Below are positions 7,800-16,531 of a DNA stretch of 38,218 bases, piece by piece. This DNA is from Desulfobacterales bacterium. GTDB taxonomy: Bacteria > Desulfobacterota > Desulfobacteria > Desulfobacterales > JASFBJ01. A program made the position numbers and the translations under genes. Under the pieces are notes generated by a model. That model worked only from the letters and a program-made list of their open reading frames with translations, ran no database searches and had not been told where the DNA came from. The first letter of the stretch is position 1, and every line of letters starts with the position of its first letter. Location of the stretch: assembly GCA_030149585.1 (NCBI GenBank), contig JASFBJ010000001.1:1-38218 (forward strand). Reading direction: 5' to 3'.

Positions 7800-9113
7800 T
7801 TATTTTTTCCCGGTTATATGCTGTTTGGTAATTGCAGATTGTTTAATTGTCTTTAGCCAGGCCATCCGGAAACCATAATTCTGGATGCCGAAAAACAAGC
7901 TGTTTTTGTTAAGCGGAAAAAGTCGTTTTATAATTGAAGGGATTCCATATAATTTTTCATAGGCCTTATAAAGGCCTTTTTGAAGCTGCTCCGGAGTCAT
8001 CCTGGCGGGTTTAAAAACCACATGATTCATATCATAAAGATCCCAATTAGTGTTTATTATCCTATTTTCACGTTTTAATCTATCATATATTCTGGTTCCT
8101 GGAAAAGGGGTTAACACTGAAAAGATAGCTGTCTCCAGATGGCTTTTTTCAACAAATCGAACAACATCTTCAAAAACTGTCTGGTCATCATGGTCATTGC
8201 CAAAAATAAACGACCCCTGAATACCAATACCATAATCATGGATTTGTTTAATGGCCTCACGAAATTTTTTGACCTGGTTAACTGATTTTCCCATGGCTTT
8301 CAGGTTTTCCTGAGAAAGAGATTCAAAGCCGATAAAAAGACCCTTGCAGCCACTTTTTTGAGCCAGCCTTAACAGCTGCCTATCCTGAGCGATACTTAAT
8401 GATGCCTGACTTAACCAGCGGATTTTAAGAGGTTCAATAGCCTTAAAAAGCTCTTTGGCATAAGATGGTTTGCCGACAATATTATCATCCACAAAAAAAA
8501 TGTGCCGGCCTGCCATGGGTTCAATTTCCCGGATAACCTCTGCAACCGGCCGGGTTCTATAAGTTCGGCCGTAAAAAGATGTTACTGAGCAAAAATCACA
8601 ATTAAAGGGGCACCCCCTGGTTGTTTGAACCGTATTTGTAAAAAAATAGGTTTTGGGCGGTAATATATCTCTTTTAGGGGGTTTCATATTAACAAGAGGA
8701 TGAAAGCCGGTAGGCCGATAAATCGTCTTAAGTTGATTATGTTTGAAATCATTAAGCAACTGGGGCCAGGTTGCCTCTGCCTCTCCTATTACCAGACTGT
8801 CGGCGTGGGCGGCTGCTTCACCGGGCATCATGGTAGGATGGATGCCGCCTAAAATAACAGTTACCCCTTTAGAGCGGTATTGGTCGGCAATTTTATACCC
8901 CCTGTTGGCCAGAGGGGTCATTAAAGAGATCGCCACCAGATCCGGCAGGTTTGAAAAATCAATTTTTTGACAGTTTTCATCTATAACGGCAACTTCCCAT
9001 TTATCATCCGTTAAAGCTGCCAGGCTTGTTAACGAGAGGTAGGGAAAACGAAAAACAATTTGTCCCCAGAGGCTGTGCTCTGGCCATTTTGGCGAAATAA
9101 TATTCAGCTTCAT
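7800..9113 (-). CDS. B12-binding-domain radical SAM enzyme
   Basis: CPFNCDFCS (CxxxCxxC) cluster motif. An N-terminal Rossmann-like cobalamin-binding-type domain precedes it (VAVIDE...DLVAISLMT...VILGGIHPT). ATGA overlap at 9110-9113. Confidence 0.8.
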   Translation of the reverse strand: MKLNIISPKWPEHSLWGQIVFRFPYLSLTSLAALTDDKWEVAVIDENCQKIDFSNLPDLVAISLMTPLANRGYKIADQYRSKGVTVILGGIHPTMMPGEAAAHADSLVIGEAEATWPQLLNDFKHNQLKTIYRPTGFHPLVNMKPPKRDILPPKTYFFTNTVQTTRGCPFNCDFCSVTSFYGRTYRTRPVAEVIREIEPMAGRHIFFVDDNIVGKPSYAKELFKAIEPLKIRWLSQASLSIAQDRQLLRLAQKSGCKGLFIGFESLSQENLKAMGKSVNQVKKFREAIKQIHDYGIGIQGSFIFGNDHDDQTVFEDVVRFVEKSHLETAIFSVLTPFPGTRIYDRLKRENRIINTNWDLYDMNHVVFKPARMTPEQLQKGLYKAYEKLYGIPSIIKRLFPLNKNSLFFGIQNYGFRMAWLKTIKQSAITKQHITGKK

Positions 9114-10027
9114 TGATGAAATCCGGTGCCGGCGGGCAGATTAATAGGATCCGGACAGTACCACTGATCAGGGTAGGAACGAATATAATGTTCAAAAATA
9201 CGGGCAATTTTATTTAAATTATGATCTAAATATTTGCTGCGGCTTTCGCGATGATTTATCCGGCCGGGCCAGATTGCCTCTTCCAGAATTCCAAAATAGC
9301 GGCCGTCTTTCTGGCGCAGTACAAAAGCTGGAATTATTGGAGCTCCGGAAGCCATGGAAAGCGCCAGGGGGCCCACTGGAAAATTAACCTGATTACCAAA
9401 AAAATGGATTGGACGGCCCCTGCCGAAAAAATCCTTATCTCCGCTCATGGCGATAATCTCATTTTTTCTCAACCGGTTTAAAATTTCAAGACCTGAAAAC
9501 GGAGATTGATTTACCTGCGTAATATTAATGCCTTTATTATTGCGCAATTGATTAACCAGAGTGTTTGAAGAATCGCTATTATGTCCCATCACAACAAGGG
9601 TTAAAGGATAATCCATGGCTCTTAGCATACTGCCGCCAATCTCCCAGTTTCCAAGATGAGCTGTCAGCAAAATAGCGCCTTTACCCTTAGCCAGGATTTG
9701 CTCTAATTGTTCTTTTCCCTTTAAATAAGAAAAAAATTTTTTTACCCGATTAGAAGAACATTGAGGAATGATAAAAAAATCAGCCATATATTGACCGTAA
9801 TTCATGAAAATCCGGCGAACGGTTTGGCGAATCAAGGGATCATTCACTGGCAGATTAAGCGCCTGGGAAAGGTTAAAGGCCAAACCTTGACGATCTTTTA
9901 GCGAAAAAACATAAACAAACGAAACAATAATTTTACCGATCAGGCGAGTGAGTCTTACCGGCAGATATTTGGCTATAAAAAAAATGCTGTAATAGGAGAT
10001 TGAGCTGTCAAGAAGATGTTTGCGCAT
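9110..10027 (-). CDS. LpxL/HtrB-family (lysophospholipid/lipid A-type) acyltransferase
   Basis: N-terminal membrane anchor; AILLTAHLGNWE (HX4-type acyltransferase region) and the overall pattern match the lauroyl/myristoyl acyltransferase family. The ATG at 10027 is preferred over the TTG at 10060 used in the track. Confidence 0.65.
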   Translation of the reverse strand: MRKHLLDSSISYYSIFFIAKYLPVRLTRLIGKIIVSFVYVFSLKDRQGLAFNLSQALNLPVNDPLIRQTVRRIFMNYGQYMADFFIIPQCSSNRVKKFFSYLKGKEQLEQILAKGKGAILLTAHLGNWEIGGSMLRAMDYPLTLVVMGHNSDSSNTLVNQLRNNKGINITQVNQSPFSGLEILNRLRKNEIIAMSGDKDFFGRGRPIHFFGNQVNFPVGPLALSMASGAPIIPAFVLRQKDGRYFGILEEAIWPGRINHRESRSKYLDHNLNKIARIFEHYIRSYPDQWYCPDPINLPAGTGFHQ

Positions 10028-10300
10028 TAATAGTTTACCTGCAAAAATATAACATCTCAATTAGTCTGGGATATTAAAAAATACTTGCACAATGCTAAAT
10101 CCCTGTACTTATTGAAAAATCATAGAAATAATTTATTTTTTTTTGATGAATTTTTTTCGCGTTTTGCAAAAAAACCCTTTACAGAGCAGTCGGGTTATAA
10201 TAGTGGACTGCCAGCATTATTATAAATGAGTTATCTTTATTACAAAATCTGAATAATTTGGTCAACTTATTTTCTGCTTTGTATGGCGGTGACAGATTAA

Positions 10301-10846
10301 ATGAATATTCATAAGATTTTCTATCTGTTTTTGATTTTTTTTCTTTTCTGGGGATGCTCTGCCCAATACCGGGTTAATTCTGAAAAATATACACCCTATC
10401 AAGGAGAGGTGAATCAGCATGCTCGCTTAATAATGGCCTTTCCTGATAAAATATTTAAGGCAATAACCAGTGCCGATGAACTTGAAAAAATATGCCCTGG
10501 GGGAACTCTGGTCAGCTTTGAAACACCCCCCCCCTATGGCCCTGGCACTATTGTGAAAACCAGAATTGAACATATTTTTAAACTGGGTTGGGAATCACGG
10601 GTGGAAGAGGTTGTCCAGGGGAAAAAAATCAGGCTGAAATTTATATCCGGTTTTTTTAATGGCGGAGTTGAACTGTGGGAATTTGAAAGCAGGGGCCTAT
10701 ACACTATGACAACTCACACCATTATTGTTGAGCCCCATGGAATTATCAAAAAACTGGCCTGGAACCTTAAAGTCCGCCGAAAACATAATAAGATGGTTGA
10801 GATTTTTCTTGATAATTTGAAATCACAGGTAGAAGCCTCGTTATAA
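10301..10846 (+). CDS. Lipoprotein with SRPBCC/START-like (polyketide-cyclase-type) ligand-binding fold
   Basis: Signal peptide plus lipobox (LFWGC). About 150 aa follow, with a beta-rich pattern and a terminal helix as in SRPBCC proteins. Fold call is by eye only. Confidence 0.45.
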   Translation: MNIHKIFYLFLIFFLFWGCSAQYRVNSEKYTPYQGEVNQHARLIMAFPDKIFKAITSADELEKICPGGTLVSFETPPPYGPGTIVKTRIEHIFKLGWESRVEEVVQGKKIRLKFISGFFNGGVELWEFESRGLYTMTTHTIIVEPHGIIKKLAWNLKVRRKHNKMVEIFLDNLKSQVEASL

Positions 10847-11709
10847 TGAAAAATCATGCTGCTATTTTTTTAAAATCTCAACCCTGTATTCTCTGCAAGT
10901 GTACTAATTTTCAGCAAATCCATCAGAAAGATAAATGGCGGTATCTGCGTTGTCGCAACTGCTCGCTGGTCTCTTTATACCCGCGCCCAACTGAACTTTC
11001 ACTTATTAATAACTATCAGGACTACCTGCCGGATCAGGTTTTATATATTTATAAGTGGCGCAAAATGATGCAGCCTTTAATTGATCATTCAGCTGATCTT
11101 ATTGAAAAAACGGTTTTTACAAAAAATAAAAATCTGCTGGATATTGGTTGTGGATTTGGTTTTTTCTTAAAGACTATGCAGGATCGTAACTGGCATGTAT
11201 CTGGAATTGAGATTGCGGATACCGGCAGACATTTTGCGCAAGAAAAGCTGGGTCTTAATGTTTATTCTCAGCCGCTGGCCGAACTTGATTTTAAAGCTCA
11301 CAGTTTTGATGTAGTGACTCTGTTTTATGTTATTGAACATGTGACTGATCCTCCGGCACTATTAAAACAGATTCATAAAATTCTTAAACCAGGGGGGCTG
11401 CTTTTATTACGCTGGCCTCACTCCACCCCGATTATAAAAATACTTGGGCCTTTTGCTGAAAATCTTGACCTTTATCACACCCCGTATCATTTATACGATT
11501 TTTCGCCGGCCACCATAAAATTCCTTTTAAACAACTGTGGCTTTTCGCAAATAAAAACCATTCCTGGGGGCTATACCTTGCCGGACGAAAGATTTAGGCG
11601 ATGGTCATCGATTATTTCAGGGTCTTGTGCAAATATGTTATTTAAAATAACAAAAGGGCGTTATTTGCTGCCCGGTACCAGCAAAACCACCCTTTCAATT
11701 AAGCCATAA
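10846..11709 (+). CDS. Class I SAM-dependent methyltransferase with N-terminal 4-Cys (zinc-ribbon-like) motif
   Basis: LLDIGCGFGFF motif I; VVTLFYVIEHV; LKPGGLLLL; N-terminal CILCKC...CRNC. TAATG overlap with the upstream lipoprotein gene. Confidence 0.8.
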   Translation: MKNHAAIFLKSQPCILCKCTNFQQIHQKDKWRYLRCRNCSLVSLYPRPTELSLINNYQDYLPDQVLYIYKWRKMMQPLIDHSADLIEKTVFTKNKNLLDIGCGFGFFLKTMQDRNWHVSGIEIADTGRHFAQEKLGLNVYSQPLAELDFKAHSFDVVTLFYVIEHVTDPPALLKQIHKILKPGGLLLLRWPHSTPIIKILGPFAENLDLYHTPYHLYDFSPATIKFLLNNCGFSQIKTIPGGYTLPDERFRRWSSIISGSCANMLFKITKGRYLLPGTSKTTLSIKP

Positions 11710-11725
11710 ATGTTTCAAGGGGCCC

Positions 11726-13711
11726 TCAGCATAAAAATACAGAAAGCAGGTCATCCCTGGCACTTGCATGCTGAATTTTAACCTGAACAAGCTCCTCTGG
11801 TTTCAAATTAATATTGCCAGATTTGCTCAAACGACATTCCATCATATATTCTTTGAGGAGAATGGTAAAATTATCACGATATTGATTTAATACCATGGCT
11901 TCTTTTTCTTTACCAATTTCATTTTCCAGATATTTCAGCAGCCAATAGCGGTGTCGTTTGAATTGAATTTTTGAAACCTGACTCATTGGTATACCAAGAT
12001 TTCGAATTATTTTTTTTATTTCCCTGGTTGAATAGGGCGCCTCCAGTCCCAGCACTGACCGCACCTGACGCTGGCTCACCAGATCAAAATATTTGCGAAT
12101 CGGGGAGGTCGCTGTGGTATAAGCATCCAGCCCCAAACCGCAATGGCGCTCTGGAGTTGTTCCCAATATAAACCTGCTTAAATGTTTGCGCTGCATCCAG
12201 TTTAAAAAAATTGAGCTTTCAACACCATTATAAAGGCGTTCCCTGGGGCCGGGTTGAGAACGAAAAACAGCAGGGACTTGATGTTTTTTTAAAAAGTCGG
12301 CAGTCAGCCAGTTAGCCATAATCATGATTTCAGATACAAGCATGCGGCCGGGGCTCTCTCGATTTGCTTGAGTCAGCATGGGAATTTGTTCATTATTAAG
12401 CCAGACATTGACTTCCGGCAAATTGATATGAACAGCCCCCTGCTTAACTCTTTTTTCCCTGAAATTTTTGGCGATCATGTATAAACCGGCTATGGTTGAA
12501 TTTTCATCCAGTATCAGATTGACATCAAAAAAAGTCAGCCGTTTTTTTACCTGGATTAAACTTGGAAAAATTTCATAATCTACAATATCAGCTGTGGGAG
12601 TGATTGTTATCATTGTGGATATGGCAGGGCGCAGTTCATTTTGTTTCAGGCTGCAAAGGTTTTCAGACAGCTTTTCAGGCACCATTGAAATTTTTTGATC
12701 CGGCATATAAATGGAGCTGGCTCTTTCTAAGGCTTCCTGATCTAAAATATCTCCCTTCTGGATATAATGACCTACATCCGCAATATGGATGCCCAAAATA
12801 TAATTTTCATTTTGCTTTTTAAGGCTTATTGCATCGTCAAAATCAAGGGTGAACTTGCCGTCAATAGTAATAATATCTAAATCACTAAGGTCTCGTCGTT
12901 TTTCACTGAAATTCGGTCTGCTGATTTGGCTGTTCAGACTATTTGCTCTTTCAATTGCTTTTGGGGAAAATAAAAGTGGTACATCGTATCTAAGAAGGTG
13001 AATATTCTCATTTTGATCCCATATTCCGAGCTTAACAAATAGGTTAAAAATAGCGGTTTTAGATTTTATACCTGCTTTTTTTAATATTGCCTGGGCCTGT
13101 TTATTATAGGGGCTATCCAGTTCATGCAAATAATATGATTTTAATATCTTTATAATTTCAGGGTCATTTTCAAAAGTTACGGGCTCCTTGGCAGCCAAAA
13201 CCATTTTGACCCAGTTTCCAGCAGTTTCTATTAAAAGATTCTGACGATCAGCCTCTTTGGCCTGAGCTTTAATTTGTTCAACTTTTTCAACTGAATAGGG
13301 AAAAAATGAATCTGTATTAAATTTAAAATAAAGCCGATTATTAAAAAATGCTCTTAAAACAGCTGATTGATAATCTTCATTTGGGTTTTCAGGAAAACAG
13401 AGTTCTGTCATGGTAACAAGATCAATCCACTCCTGTTCGCTGTTTAATACTTCCCAAAGTTCCTGAATATCCACTTTTTCAATTAAGGCCTTTCGGCGAT
13501 CGGCAATCCTTTTTAGGGCAGCGACCGTTTTTACCCTGCCAAGACCAAGATCAAGCTTGCTTTTACCGTTGCTAGCCAGCCGGTTGGCTGATAATTTAAC
13601 ATCACGGTTATATTCCGTCAGCAATTTCAGACGCAGTTTTTTAATTTCAATAATAACTGCGCAGATTATTTTTTGCTTATCTATAAATTCAACAATATTA
13701 CCTGTTTCCAT
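11726..13711 (-). CDS. RNase II/R-family 3'-5' exoribonuclease (RNB domain)
   Basis: RNB signatures ITIDGKFTLDFDDAISL, IHIADV, MVPEKLSENLCSL and YTTATSPIRKYFDLVSQRQV. The ATG at 13711 (METGNIVEF) is preferred over the upstream TTG at 13741. Confidence 0.85.
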   Translation of the reverse strand: METGNIVEFIDKQKIICAVIIEIKKLRLKLLTEYNRDVKLSANRLASNGKSKLDLGLGRVKTVAALKRIADRRKALIEKVDIQELWEVLNSEQEWIDLVTMTELCFPENPNEDYQSAVLRAFFNNRLYFKFNTDSFFPYSVEKVEQIKAQAKEADRQNLLIETAGNWVKMVLAAKEPVTFENDPEIIKILKSYYLHELDSPYNKQAQAILKKAGIKSKTAIFNLFVKLGIWDQNENIHLLRYDVPLLFSPKAIERANSLNSQISRPNFSEKRRDLSDLDIITIDGKFTLDFDDAISLKKQNENYILGIHIADVGHYIQKGDILDQEALERASSIYMPDQKISMVPEKLSENLCSLKQNELRPAISTMITITPTADIVDYEIFPSLIQVKKRLTFFDVNLILDENSTIAGLYMIAKNFREKRVKQGAVHINLPEVNVWLNNEQIPMLTQANRESPGRMLVSEIMIMANWLTADFLKKHQVPAVFRSQPGPRERLYNGVESSIFLNWMQRKHLSRFILGTTPERHCGLGLDAYTTATSPIRKYFDLVSQRQVRSVLGLEAPYSTREIKKIIRNLGIPMSQVSKIQFKRHRYWLLKYLENEIGKEKEAMVLNQYRDNFTILLKEYMMECRLSKSGNINLKPEELVQVKIQHASARDDLLSVFLC

Positions 13712-13977
13712 AATTATTAAAAATACCAATTCAAAGAGCAAAAGTCAATAATCATCAAAAAAGTACATATTTGTCGCAAAATGTTTTCAATAATATTTCA
13801 TTTTGGCAACCGCAAAAAAATAAAGGCCAAAAAATAAAATTTCTCAATATTTATATTGCAATATTTAGTATAAACGATAAGTTAAAAAATGATAATATAT
13901 GATTGATTATTAATTATCAAAATACACTTCATTGGCATGCACTTCAGCATACAGTTTTGACAAAAGGTGGTTTGAAG

Positions 13978-16509
13978 ATGAAGCAACTCATATTTGAATA
14001 TTTCATTAATAAAAAAATTGTAATTGTGGGTGGGGGAAATTTTTGTAAGGAATTATTAAATTTTTTTTTTGAAGCAGACCCGGCAAGCGATTTTCTCCAA
14101 ATATTAGGGGTGGCTGATATTGATACTAAAGCTGCAGGATTCCAATATGCAAAAGAAAAAAATATATATACAACAACCGATTATAAACAATTTTATAACA
14201 TACCGGATCTTGATATAATTTTCGAACTGACTCGGGATTCCAACCTCAATGAAATCATCAGAAATACCATTCCTGATAAAATTAAACTGATTGATCACCT
14301 GGAAGCCAGAGTTCTCTGGGATACTTTTAAAATTGAGCGGCAACGAATCAACACTATTAAAAATTTACAAAAGAGCACTGGTTGCTCAAAAGAGATAGAA
14401 GATCTCTTTAATCAATTTGCCGAATATGTTTCAGAAATCGTCAGAAAAAGGACCAATCGTTTCTACGAAATTGAAAAAGAGCTGGTGGACGGAGGTCGCA
14501 CTTTAACCCAAATTATTCAGGGCAGCACTATTCCGACTTTTGTTATTAACAAAGAACATATTATTACTCACTGGAATACAGCCTGCGAAAAACTAACCGG
14601 TTTTTCAGCAACCGAGCTTGTCGGCACCAATAATCAATGGGTACCATTTCGATCCGGTGAACGTCCGACCATGGCGGATATTATTATTAGTGATTTTGGA
14701 ACAAACGATTTAGTACGTTATTACGGTGCTAAATGGAAAAAATCTGATCTGATTAAAAATGCTTATGCAGCAGAAGAATTTTTTCCAAAGCTTGGAGAAA
14801 ACGGCAAATGGCTGTTTTTCACAGCAGCACCTATAAACGCGATTGATGGAACAATCGTTGGAGCCATTGAAACACTTTGGGATCGCACCGAAGAAAAACT
14901 TGCTGAACAGGAAAGGGACCAGCGCAACCAGGAGCTCTCCACTTTATGTTCCATATATTCCGCCCTAAGTACTTCCCTGGATTGGAATGATCGGCTGCAT
15001 ACGACATTTAAAGAGATTATTGACTATTTACCAGCAGATAAACTTTGTGTGTTTTTATTGAATGTTAAAGGAAATTTCAAGCTTTCATACTCCTATGGGA
15101 TTGAAAAGAATAAGAGGCAGACGATCAATAAACCGGATGATCAAAAAATAATCAACCAGGTAGCGCAAAAAAAAGAACTGACTATTATAGAAAATTTGTC
15201 AAAGGAAAATTTAATAAACGATGATTTTACAGGCAGCTCAAATTTTAAATCCATTATCTATCTGCCTTTGATGGCAAAAGAAAAAGAAGTTATAGGCGTT
15301 ATTAAAATAGGGAGCAAAACAGTTCAAAATTATTCTTCTGAAGTTAAAAATGTATTAGAATTGATCGGAAATAGAATTGGGGCTGCTATTGAAAATTATG
15401 AATTGCATGAGCAGTACCGTAAATCAGAAGAGAAATACAGGTCATTATTTGATAATGATCCAAATCCTATTTTTATTATTGATTATTCAACCCATAAAAT
15501 TATTGATGTCAATAAAAGGGCCCGGGATTGCTACGGCTATACCAATTACGAGTTTACAGGTATGCGCTTTGCTGATATCGGTGATGCAGAACATGCTGAA
15601 TTGATAGATGATTTAAAACAGATCCCGCAGAATCAGTCCGTCCTTTTTTCTAAAAAAAAACATTATCGCAAAGGAGAAAAACCCTTTTTCGTTAATGTTA
15701 ATATTTGTCATGCCAAATATGGCGAGAATGACGTGTTAATCGCTTCAACCACAGATATTACCGAAAGTGTTGAAAAAGAGGCACAGTTGATTCAGGCAAG
15801 CAAAATGACGACCCTGGGTACAATGGCGGCCGGCATAGCCCATGAAATTAATCAACCCTTAAACGTCATCCAGGTCTGTGTTGATTATTTTCTGAAAATG
15901 ATTAAAAAAGGAACACCAATTGCGAATGATGATCTTAAAACCATGTCCAATGATATCAGCAGCAACGTTCAACGGGCAGCGGAAATTATAAAGCATATGC
16001 GGGATTTTGCCAGGCAATCGGATGTTGTTACCCATAAAATAAATCTTAATGATCCAATTCAAGATGTCTTTGATCTTTTGGGACATCAGCTAACCGTGCA
16101 TCAAATAGAACTAAAGATTAATCTTGATCCACAACTTCCTGATATTCTTGCTGAACATAATCGCCTGGAACAGGTTTTTATCAACCTGGTGACAAATGCT
16201 GTGGATGCCATAGATGAAAAAGGAAAAATATTAAAAGGTCAATCTTTTCAGCGGATGATTGAAGTAAAAACTTTTTTGGATTTTGATCATGTTGTGGCAA
16301 TAGTTTCAGATACAGGCAATGGCATGCCAGGGGAAGTTATCGGAAAAATATTTGAGCCGTTTTTTACCACCAAGGACGTTGGCAAGGGGACTGGTTTGGG
16401 AGTTAGTATCAGTTATGGTATTATTAAAGATTATCATGGCACAATATCAATTCAAAGCAAAGTGGGCAACGGAACTTCCTTTGAATTACGATTCCCGGTA
16501 TGTTCATAA
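13978..16509 (+). CDS. Soluble sensor histidine kinase (Rossmann-like N-terminal domain - PAS - GAF-like - PAS - HisKA - HATPase)
   Basis: AAGGTGG RBS before the ATG at 13978. PAS-like IPTFVINKEHIITHWNTACEKLTGF and NPIFIIDYSTHKIIDVNKRARDCYGY. H-box GIAHEINQPLN. N/G boxes NLVTNAVDA, DTGNGMP and GTGLGVS. No transmembrane segment seen. Confidence 0.85.
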   Translation: MKQLIFEYFINKKIVIVGGGNFCKELLNFFFEADPASDFLQILGVADIDTKAAGFQYAKEKNIYTTTDYKQFYNIPDLDIIFELTRDSNLNEIIRNTIPDKIKLIDHLEARVLWDTFKIERQRINTIKNLQKSTGCSKEIEDLFNQFAEYVSEIVRKRTNRFYEIEKELVDGGRTLTQIIQGSTIPTFVINKEHIITHWNTACEKLTGFSATELVGTNNQWVPFRSGERPTMADIIISDFGTNDLVRYYGAKWKKSDLIKNAYAAEEFFPKLGENGKWLFFTAAPINAIDGTIVGAIETLWDRTEEKLAEQERDQRNQELSTLCSIYSALSTSLDWNDRLHTTFKEIIDYLPADKLCVFLLNVKGNFKLSYSYGIEKNKRQTINKPDDQKIINQVAQKKELTIIENLSKENLINDDFTGSSNFKSIIYLPLMAKEKEVIGVIKIGSKTVQNYSSEVKNVLELIGNRIGAAIENYELHEQYRKSEEKYRSLFDNDPNPIFIIDYSTHKIIDVNKRARDCYGYTNYEFTGMRFADIGDAEHAELIDDLKQIPQNQSVLFSKKKHYRKGEKPFFVNVNICHAKYGENDVLIASTTDITESVEKEAQLIQASKMTTLGTMAAGIAHEINQPLNVIQVCVDYFLKMIKKGTPIANDDLKTMSNDISSNVQRAAEIIKHMRDFARQSDVVTHKINLNDPIQDVFDLLGHQLTVHQIELKINLDPQLPDILAEHNRLEQVFINLVTNAVDAIDEKGKILKGQSFQRMIEVKTFLDFDHVVAIVSDTGNGMPGEVIGKIFEPFFTTKDVGKGTGLGVSISYGIIKDYHGTISIQSKVGNGTSFELRFPVCS

Positions 16510-16531
16510 TTAAAGGGAACTGAAAATCTTG

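Noticed and set aside
13903-13977. The TTG-initiated N-terminal extension of the histidine kinase. Similar TTG extensions occur at 10060, 13741, 25226, 16529 and 36181.
   Set aside because: Downstream ATG codons have better RBS spacing or match the usual family N-termini, so the extensions are probably artefacts of the ORF caller. Start sites remain unverified.
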